Below the pieces are notes generated by a model. The model was not told where the DNA came from. It ran no database searches and saw nothing but the letters and a program-made list of their open reading frames with translations. The position numbers were made by a program, and so were the translations under genes. A stretch of DNA of 64,000 nucleotides, taken from Ministeria vibrans ATCC 50519. Taxonomy: Eukaryota; Protista; Filasterea. Shown piece by piece: positions 55,352-64,000 of the stretch (position 1 is the first letter of the stretch; every line of letters begins with the position of its first letter). Where the stretch lies: assembly GCA_943704425.1 (NCBI GenBank), contig CALSCP010001275.1:1-64000 (forward strand), read 5' to 3'.

Positions 55352-56505
55352 TCAGTCTCTCGGGCATAGCCGAAGTCGTGCTCCAACAAGACGCTGTTGA
55401 ACGCGAATGGCAGGCGAGGTTACAGCGACACTTGCATTCCAGGGGACTCGAGTCAGCTGTTTCTGCCCCACTTTCGGTTTCGGTGGCGCACTAAGGGTTT
55501 TCCGCCTTGTTCGTTCTCCATACACGTAGCCTCGCTGTTGACAGCGTACTGTAAGCAGACGCCAGCGCAACCAGATCACCTTCAAGAGTGATTGGTGTCG
55601 AAATGCATCCGCGCGCGCCCGGTGCGCCTGTACATGGGAGAGCTCTGCAAGTAGGGCGCCCGTGCGTGCCCGACACTGCGCCTCACGCAGAGCTCGCTGG
55701 GCAGTCGCGCGATGCTGCCACAGTAAAAACAGGGAGCGCAGTGGGTCATGATGAGTACGGAAACACAAACGACGCGTCACCCAGTCGTCATGGAACGTCT
55801 CGGCGCGCCGACAGAGGGAGAGGGAGCGACGCCACGCTGCAAATGAGGCGTACAGGACGACGCGACGCGTTGGCTCGTCTCCCACGCTGTCTAGCAAGAC
55901 CGCCGCGCGTGCCTTGTCTTGATAGCACGTAAACCATTGGTGCCAGACACGACGAAGAAAAAAAAGACGTGCAAGACGTGCGAGGCGGCGTTTGCGTCGT
56001 CGTTGCTGAACATGGAGCGAGAGCGCCGTGAACGCGAGGCGCACAAGACGCTGACGCCCCATTGTTGCCGCCTTCACTGCGAGCAGTCGCCTGTCGCGCA
56101 TCTGCAACAAGGCTTGTTGCCACCGTCGCAGACACTGTGATTTGAGGTGTCGGTCGTGCTTGAGACGCGCAAGCTTTGCCTGGCGGCTCAACAGACAACG
56201 GTGTCTCCACTGCGTAAATCGCCTGTGCAAGAGCGCCACGCCGTCAGTGGCGGGTGTGCTTGCACTGGCAGGCCCCATACACGACGCCCAAGTGGTCCAA
56301 TACAACGCGCAGAACCCACCGTTGCTGGAAGGCGCGAAGGGCGGTTGCGAGGTGTTTCCGCTGGACGCACACTTGGCGCCAAGTCTGAAAACATCGCTGT
56401 GCCTTCTGAACTTGCTGCTGACGTGCACGAGCGCGCTGTTTCCACGCATTCCAGGCGTGCTCAATCAGTTGAAAGTGGCGCGTTACGTCAGCAAGGTCGC
56501 GTCCC
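55352..56505 (-). CDS. Sfi1-like repeat (centrin-binding-type) helical protein; 5' exon(s) upstream not resolved
   Basis: Arg-rich helical protein with periodic aromatic-x-x-W motifs: AWNAWK, CFQTWR, RFTQWR, CLRRWQ, VWHQWF, SFAAWR, LFLLWQ, IWLRWR. A phase-2 intron (~56320-56222) joins two reading frames. Confidence 0.55.
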
Positions 56506-57365
56506 TACAGAGAGACAGACAGACAGACAGATAGAAATTGAGAGAGAGAGAGAGAGAAAGATTGGCATTGATTGAATGTAAGGGACTACTCCGCACCTCA
56601 GGGTAGGCTGCCGTGTCGATTGCATCAAGTAGAGCTTTTCGGAGGGGCATGCGATAGAAGAGAATCGACTGTTTCAGTCAGACATTGGTTCTTTCCAGTC
56701 ATAGTGACAGAGTCAGGCGATTTATATTCAACCGCAGTCGATCGAAGGAACTTGACACGAACTTGACGCTCCCCTCTCCGCCTCTGTCGACTATGTGGTC
56801 CGCCAATGCCTAGCACCCTCACACGCGACGTAGCGCATCGGGTGTAAAGCGCGTCAATCACTGGTCTGCGCGTGTGCTTCTTCGGTGTGAGTGCAGAATC
56901 GTTGAGTTGATTGAGTTCAACAACGCAACGGCAGAAAAAGGAAGAAAAAGCGAAAAAAAAAGGTCTTTTGGTTGCGACCTGTGGGCAAGGGCCACGTTCC
57001 CTACCGAGCGCCAATTGGTGCCCTGTGTAACAGCCTTCGCGTCGCGCTGAACAAGTGCTCTCCAGGCTTCAGTGCGTCGACTCCCTTATTTTTATTGCTA
57101 GCGTTTTTTTCACCACGTTGGGGTGTTGGGTTAGGGTGAACGAAAAACAGTTACAGTCTGCGCCATCGTTTGCGCATTGCTTTGAGATCGATACATATTG
57201 GTCAGAATACTGAGAATAGTGGTGTTCCAGCCATCGTTTGGCGCGTGGTGTGTTTTGGTTGCGAATCGGACCCAGTCAAAACCGCATCGGACTGGAATTT
57301 GCCATTTCTGGTTGAGTACACAAACTCAAAGTGTCTCAAAACATTTCTTGCCCACACCGTTGACC

Positions 57366-58979
57366 ATGCTGGCTGCATGTACATGTGGCACGTGCAAAGA
57401 GGGTGCCCTGTCGCCACGCATGATGCTGCGGTTGGAGCAAGTTGCCCGATACGCTGCCGATCAGATTCTGCTCACGATGCCCCAGTTTCAGAGGCGCGTT
57501 GGGCTCGATCTGAGTTCCGTAGACACGCCTTTCCTTATGTCGTTTGTCCCCAGCGCCCAGCGCCTCACCGTGTTCAAGTCGTTCGCGTGCGGTTGGCACC
57601 AGCTTCTTGTGTTGACGGCTGAGCTGCTGCGCGATGGGGCCATCCCGTTTGCGCGCGACATCGACGCCGCCATGCTCACCCACAAGATATGCAACCGCCT
57701 GTACTCCCAGCACTTCCTGCGCGCCGGCGGCCAGGCCAAGCACGCCCTTGACGGAGTCTTGCATCTCGCGGCGCGAAACTCTGTCCCTGTCAAAGACCGA
57801 GAAGAAAACGCCCAGCTCCCCATCTGCGCCCGCGACACCGACTACGTTAACACCTTCCACCACCTTGTGCGGGACGCGGACGCCTCTCGCGGACCCTATT
57901 TTGCGACCGTCTCAAAAGGACGCCCGAAACTCCCGACGGAACCCGCGTCGTTAGCAGCACCGCGAGACCGCCCAGACCCACCAAGGGCCCCCTCATTGCC
58001 AATGCCCCCAACCCCCACTGCTGCGGATCCCCAACAAAACGACATGTGCCCCTTCTCGAATTTTTCTGGTAAAGAAAAACAACGTGAATTTTCCAAACGA
58101 CGAGAACAGCGCAAGCAGCAGCCGCAACAAGAGCAGCACCAGCGGCATCAACATGAACAGAAACAACAACCACGGCGGCGGCAGCAGAAACAGCCACAGC
58201 AACAGCAACAAAAGCAAGATCAACAACAACGACAACAACAACAACAACATCAACAACGACAACAGCAGGAACAACAGCAACAGCAACAGCAAGAACTTCA
58301 ACAACAGCAACAGCGACACCTCCAACAACTGGCGCAACCCGCTCCGACAGCAGCGGCAGCAGCAGCAGCAGCAACAACACTGCCACAGTATGCATCATAC
58401 CCTGTGCACCAATTGCATCCACTCCCACACGCCCAACAACAGCAGCAGCACCACCAACTTCAGTACCCCACCCCATACCCTCCGTGTCTTGCCCAACACG
58501 GCCGTAGCAGTTCCGACCCGCGCACCCTCCGTCTTCTTCACGCGCGCATGGAGCAACTGCACACCCAGCAGATGCACCAGCGCCAAGCAGCGCTTTGCCA
58601 GAATCGCGGTCTTGCCTACACCTCGACACCCGTCCCCTACACCGTGCCCGTCTGCCCCGCCAACTATCACTATCCTCACACCTACTACACCGCAGCACCC
58701 AGCGCCAGCATGAGCAGCAGCAGCAGCAGCATCTGCGACGGCAGTTCCGGCATCTTCTCCGACACGTCCACTCAAGTCGGCCGTGTCCCCTTTGCCGCCA
58801 GCGTCGCCTCCGCGTCAACCGCCTACCAGCCCTCCGTCGCACCCGCTGCCCCCGCCCTGCCCTTGTCCACTCCGCCCCCCACGATCACTGCACCTGCTTC
58901 GCCCCCCCGGCCGTCTCTCTTCCGCTCCGTCTCAGCCCACGATGTTGTGCCTTGGTCTGGCGCTGCCCATTTCCCGTGA
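57366..58979 (+). CDS. Hypothetical protein: CTCGxC..G.LSPRM domain followed by polyQ and Pro/Ser-rich low complexity; start uncertain
   Basis: Long ORF (57198..58979; first in-frame ATG at 57366) with a globular-looking region CTCGTCKEGALSPRM...FLRAGG...LPICARD, then Q-rich tracts. Confidence 0.65.
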   Translation: MLAACTCGTCKEGALSPRMMLRLEQVARYAADQILLTMPQFQRRVGLDLSSVDTPFLMSFVPSAQRLTVFKSFACGWHQLLVLTAELLRDGAIPFARDIDAAMLTHKICNRLYSQHFLRAGGQAKHALDGVLHLAARNSVPVKDREENAQLPICARDTDYVNTFHHLVRDADASRGPYFATVSKGRPKLPTEPASLAAPRDRPDPPRAPSLPMPPTPTAADPQQNDMCPFSNFSGKEKQREFSKRREQRKQQPQQEQHQRHQHEQKQQPRRRQQKQPQQQQQKQDQQQRQQQQQHQQRQQQEQQQQQQQELQQQQQRHLQQLAQPAPTAAAAAAAATTLPQYASYPVHQLHPLPHAQQQQQHHQLQYPTPYPPCLAQHGRSSSDPRTLRLLHARMEQLHTQQMHQRQAALCQNRGLAYTSTPVPYTVPVCPANYHYPHTYYTAAPSASMSSSSSSICDGSSGIFSDTSTQVGRVPFAASVASASTAYQPSVAPAAPALPLSTPPPTITAPASPPRPSLFRSVSAHDVVPWSGAAHFP

Positions 58980-59378
58980 CATATATTCATCACACACATT
59001 TTTCTCAATGCACACCATATCAATAACCAAATAGCTATTATAGCTTACGCATAACTCTAAACTCACCTAAGGTCTTAGAAGTTAGAATGACTTTCTGCCT
59101 TTGTTCTTTTTCATTTCTTTCAATATCAATCATAAATGAATGATTGGAGTGCCAAGTTCAAAAATCAAAACTAATAATCAAGTCTACAATATTTTTTTGC
59201 CGTTGCCCGGGCCAACGTCAAACCTAGTCCGTCTCACGCGACACTTGACCTCCGCAACAAACCGGGATTCTTTTCTTCTACATTTGGCGACCAGGCGTAC
59301 CCACGCAGACACACCCGAGGGTCTACAACAAGTCGTATAGTTTTTCGTTCGCTTTTCGTACCAACAGCGTTTGAAACA

Positions 59379-60002
59379 ATGAGCGACTCTTCGGGCGAAA
59401 TTCCAACTGCTGCCATTGTGGCGATTGCTGTTGGTGCTTGGGCGGTGCTTTTGTTTGGAGTGTGGCTCGTGCGACGGTGCATGCGCGACCGAGGGAGGAC
59501 GTGCCTGCCAGAGGGCACTCAGTGTCAGAAGGAGACGTGTTGTCCCTGCTGTCGACGCTGCTTCCAACTCACCTTCGACGACGTGGCCATGAAGTGCGAA
59601 CAGTTCCACTGCAAATGTCCCACCCCACGCGACTGCCTTCCGAGAAAGTGCGCCTGTCCCAACCCATTGGAACTCTGTGCCAGATGTCGCTGTCCCGACG
59701 CCGACTGCTTCACTTCATGCTTTGACAAGTGCAAGTGCACACTCCCCGGCTGTCCTTCCTGCGAGTGTCCCAAGTGCCCCACTTTCTCATGTCCCTCGTG
59801 CAAGTGCCCCTCCATCAAGTGTCCCACCTGCAAGTGCCCGGCCTGCACCTGTCCAACTTGTCCTGCCTGCTCACTTCCCGAATGCGATATCCAGTGTCAG
59901 CTGCCCGACCTCACTCTCTGTCTCCAGTGTTTGCTTTGCGTGCGTGTCGAACGCGCCCCTGCCGGTGCTGGTGATGCAAGAGGTGCTGTCGAAGAGGTGT
60001 AA
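59379..60002 (+). CDS. Single-pass membrane protein with a cysteine-rich (CxC/CPxC) tail, 207 aa
   Basis: Clean ATG-TAA single-exon ORF between AT-rich flanks. TM segment AIVAIAVGAWAVLLFGVWLV is followed by RR. I count 40 Cys. Confidence 0.8.
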   Translation: MSDSSGEIPTAAIVAIAVGAWAVLLFGVWLVRRCMRDRGRTCLPEGTQCQKETCCPCCRRCFQLTFDDVAMKCEQFHCKCPTPRDCLPRKCACPNPLELCARCRCPDADCFTSCFDKCKCTLPGCPSCECPKCPTFSCPSCKCPSIKCPTCKCPACTCPTCPACSLPECDIQCQLPDLTLCLQCLLCVRVERAPAGAGDARGAVEEV

Positions 60003-60098
60003 AGCTGTGGTCTTTGTGTATCAAGTTTATTTTTGTAGATGAATGTAATAATGATGGTGTTGTAAGACGAAAGTTTAAAAGAATTAGTGAATTATTCA

Positions 60099-60677
60099 TC
60101 ACTTTAATAAAGGTCTCTTGGCTTCGTTGTACAGCACAACATGGCCGTCATCGTCATCATCATCCGAGTCACTGTGTCCATCCTCCACGCGCGCTCCACT
60201 GTCGCGTCCCTTTTCATCATCACCGCGTGCCCCGTCGTCTTCGTCTGAATCTTCCAACAACCCTCCACTGCTCTTGAGTACACTCAACTCAATGGTTTGC
60301 GACTGATGACTCGTCTCCCTCTCCCCTGCCCTCGTCTTCTTCTTCTCCTTCTTTTGCAGCGCCCTCTTCTGTCGATTCTTCTCCGCCAGTGTCCCATAAG
60401 CACGTGTTGCCTTCGCCGCATTCAACTCGGGATTGGTCACAAGTACATCCGACGGCCCAGGAGTATCACTCTCACTCCCACTCTCACTGCCTCCACTCTC
60501 CTTGCCCTTCCCCCTCACTCGAGTACCACCTTTCCCTCCTTTACTCTTCCCGCTTCGTGTTGTGCTCACTTGTTCCAACGAGTCTTCGCTCTGTGATCCT
60601 TTCACATCCGCTTCCAATTGTGCGTACTTTCGGCGGTTCTCATCCTGCCAAACAGATTAGTATATTAATTGAGATAC

Positions 60678-60715
<38 letters not shown>

Positions 60716-61343
60716 TTACCTCTGAGAGAGTTGAGACTTCGAACCATTTGCGCAAGAAGAAAATGGAAATGGGGCCAATGAAACTGACACCACCTACAAA
60801 AAACAATTGAAAGACGATTAATGTAAAAAAAAAGTATTTTGTCTGCGTACCGATGGCGAGCCAAATAAAAGCGGGTTGAGGGCAGTTATTGCAAGTGCTA
60901 TTGGATAAAGAAATAAAAAGAGAGAGGAGGGATAGGTGATGTGTGTGTGTGTGTTAGAATATAGGAGAGAACTGAAGTGAGGGGTTACTCTGAAGGGGAC
61001 GCTGATGATGATGCTGTTGAGTTCGTAGTAGCTAGGGTCGCGGGACAGTGACCGGGACAGAAAGAAGCAAGAAGAATACCCGCAAAGGGACCCACAAAGA
61101 ACTTTGCAAGGAACATGGGGGTGGAGGCCAGGGCGGCAAAGACACCCTCATCGCCAGACGGGGACAGGGCCATTACGTAGTCGTACAAGCGCGGGGAGTA
61201 AATGGCCTCGCCGACCGACAGGATCACAATGAACGCAATGGTGGCTAACGAGGAGAGTGGCAGTCAGCAAGTGAGCGACAGTCAGTGAGAGAGAGAGAAT
61301 GGGTGAGAGAAAAATATAGTGCACGTGTGTGTGTGTGTGTGTG

Positions 61344-61384
<41 letters not shown>

Positions 61385-62825
61385 CAGAGCTGGCGAAAAA
61401 GTGAAACAGTTACAGTGAATGGGTGCGTCAAGTGGGGAATATGCGCAATACGTGAGTTGGAGTGTTGTTGTGTAATCTATAATAATTATTATTATAGTAC
61501 CAGCAATGGTGGGAAACATGAGAATGAAAGTAGACGCACACACGATCGAACTGCCAAAGATAATCACAGGAATGTGCGGTAAATGTCGGGCGGATGCAGA
61601 AATAATCGGCACAAGAAAACTAAAAAGTCACAAAAAATGTCAGTCTCACTGTCCAAAATGTAACGTATTGTAATGTTTTTTTTTGTTGTTCTCACATAAT
61701 CAGTAGAGGGTTGATTCCAATGATGGAACCCCACGCGTGAGAATGAAACATTCGCTCAAAGTACTAGTTGAACAAAGAAATGAGAAATAAGCAAAGTGAG
61801 GAGAAAGAAACAAAAGAGAGAGAGAGAAAGAGAAAGAACGAAAGAGAGAGAGAGAAAGAAAGAGAGAGAAAGAAAGAGAGAGAGAGAGAAAGAAAGAAAT
61901 AAAGAAAGAAAGAGAGAGAGAGAAAGAAAGAGAGAGAGAGAGAGAAAGAAAGAGAGAGAGAGAGAAGAAAGAAAGAAAGAGAGAGAGAGACAAAGTGATA
62001 GAGAGAGAAACAAAGTGATAGAGAGAGAAAAAGAAAAAAGTGATAGAGAGGAGAAAGAAACAAAAAGAATTTGAATTTGAGTTCCTTTTTGTGGAATACT
62101 TTTGGGAAGCCAGAATCGAGAACACGATAGATAATACGGACTATCATCACAGAAATCATAAAGATACATAACCTAATCACAATCAGACAAGTCAAAATAA
62201 GAGATTAAGAACAAAAAAGAACATTAATAAATATATTTTTGGTTTTGTTTTGCTGTACCGGACAAAATACTGATTTGAAACGGAGCGACGGATTCGCTTC
62301 AAAAAGTTCTCTTTGGTCTGTTCAAATTTCTTGAAAGAGCCGTCTGATTGGACGTCAATGTTACGAAAGGAGAAGATGGCAAACTGTAAGAAAAAGGGAA
62401 TGAGAGATGGAGAGAGAAAAAACGAGAAAGACAGAGAGAATGAGTATTGTTTACGAGAAGAGCACACGCAGTGGTGAAAATGGTTGAGAAGATGAGAATG
62501 CGCTGGGCGGAGAACTGGGAGCCAAAAAGACGGACGCCAGTGGTGTTTGCAGGGCATTTGGTGGAGTCGGAGAGGTCTTTGCAGCTGAGCGTGTCCAGAA
62601 CAAGTGTCGTTACATTGACTGAGTAATATAGAAAGAGAGGGAGAGAGAGAAAGAAGGGAACAACGTGTGTGTGTGTGTGTGAGAATGCCTCTTGTTGTGT
62701 TGTGTGTCTTACAGGCGACAAGAGCTGCGACATTCATGACAACGTAAAAGAGTCCGTATGCAACTGTGGATGTTTTGTGGTTCGTGTATCGCTTGATTCC
62801 AATAGTAAGCACTGTAAAGATGCAA

Positions 62826-62857
<32 letters not shown>

Positions 62858-63779
62858 AGGCGTGAGATGGAAAGCACATCATTTTGAGTGAGGTGTCTGA
62901 CCTGGGATGGCAAGCGCATCGGTGACGGGGAGGATGGCGTAGAGAGCGAGGTAGATGAGAGCGACATCACGAGCGGCAAAGAGCATGATGCGTCCTACAA
63001 GGCCAAAGAAGAGGCCAATAATAAGGGAGGTGCGCACACCCACGGCGTCAACCATGGAGCCAAGGATGAGCGAGACAAGACCGATCATGAGCCCGTGGAT
63101 TCCGTAGACCCATCCCGCCTCGCTGTCCGTCAGACCAAACTCCTCTGCAAAGATTGTTTTATTTGTTAAAGCAAGGCAAACTTTGTGCGTGTGTGTGCAC
63201 ACATTCCTCGTTTGATATGAAAATAGGGACAAAGAGGGAGTGCCCAAGTTGTGCTGTACATCGCGTCTTACTCGAGAGATACAGCGTAAGGTTGGTCATG
63301 ATGGCAAAGTAGGAGTAGGCAGAGAGGAACTTGATGATGTAGATGATCCAGAGCTCGTAAGGAGCGCCACTGTGTGGTGGAGAGAGAGAGTTCAAGAGTT
63401 CAAGAGTTCAAGAGTTCAAGAGAGAGTTCAAGAGAGAGAGTTCAAGAGAGAGTTCAAGAGTTCAAGAGTTCAAGAGTTCAAGAGAGAGTTCAAGAGAGAG
63501 AGTTCAAGAGAGAGAGAGAGAGTTCAAGAGTTCAAGAGAGAGAGAGAGTTCAAGAGTTCAAGAGTTCAAGAGAGAGAGAGAGAGAAAGAGAGAAAGACGA
63601 CAATGCTCAAAAGTAAGAAACAAAAATAGAGCAATTATGAGCGATTTTTTCAAGACGAACCGTAGATCAGACCAGCCTCGCCAGGGCCACGGAAAGGCAA
63701 CACACGACTGTTTTGTTCGCTCCCAGCGCGTTTCATTGGGCACCGACGTGGTTTCGTCGGCGTTGTCTGGGGGCGCCAT
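60099..63779 (-). CDS. MFS transporter (POT/PTR peptide-transporter-like) with a charged disordered C-terminal tail; many exons, start uncertain
   Basis: Exons give PYELWIIYIIKFLSAYSYF...LTLYLS / EEFGLTDSEAGWVYG...GSMVDAVGVR (MFS motif A-like) / IKRYT...AYGLFYVVMNVAA / SVGEAIYSPRLYDY...EGVFAALASTPMFLAK / GPISIFFLRKW. These splice into ORF 60099..60617 as the last exon. Confidence 0.8.
61795..62065. repeat. Purine-rich (AG/AAAG) low-complexity intron tract
   Basis: Seen directly. Confidence 0.9.
63383..63590. repeat. (GAGTTCAA)n 8-mer minisatellite interleaved with (AG)n, intronic
   Basis: More than a dozen GAGTTCAA units separated by variable AG runs, in the first visible intron of the MFS gene. 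Confidence 0.92.
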
Positions 63780-64000
63780 TGACACGGAGAGTCACAGCGA
63801 TGGGGCGCGTGTGTCGCTGGCTCGTTGTGTGTCACGATATATGTATATGTGTGTATGTGAGTGTGTGGGCGTGTGTGTGTGTGAAGACAAAGAGAGCGGG
63901 AAGGAGACAGAGAGGAAAATATTACTAATGGTTATTATTATTATTTTTTTTTGAAAAACATCGCCACAACTCTACTTTCACGTGCCTCGTAGACCGTGAT

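Noticed and set aside
57118-57140. Telomere-like TTGGGG/TTAGGG words
   Set aside because: Only isolated copies, not a tandem array.
60099-60617. Stand-alone 172-aa charged protein
   Set aside because: It has no ATG start and splices in frame to the MFS transporter exons as the last exon.
63383-63590. CRISPR-like or tRNA B-box (GTTCAA) array
   Set aside because: The unit is only 8 bp, has no unique spacers, no cas genes and no cloverleaf; it is an intronic minisatellite.

Overview
Gene-dense eukaryotic (protist-like) DNA with GT-AG introns, many of them filled with microsatellites. I see no rRNA, tRNA, CRISPR array or recognisable transposon. Left to right: the first exon of a minus-strand gene running off the left edge; an intronless EPG5; a Vps16 C-terminal-like gene; a 29-kb two-exon minus-strand gene for a ~9,650-aa midasin/Rea1-derived protein; an orphan signal-peptide exon resembling the start of glutaminase A; an FHOD-type formin with an extra C-terminal domain; a BRO1/ALIX-family protein with polyQ; a JmjC/cupin oxygenase; a purple acid phosphatase; an Sfi1-like repeat protein; a polyQ hypothetical protein; a membrane-anchored Cys-rich protein; and a POT-like MFS transporter. 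The standout is the giant protein. It has an N-terminal helical region, six tandem AAA+ modules that alternate intact and degenerate, a long linker, several Ig-like domains, a helical repeat region with a hydrophobic hairpin, and four tandem vWA/MIDAS domains. All family assignments come from recognising motifs by eye; no database searches were run.
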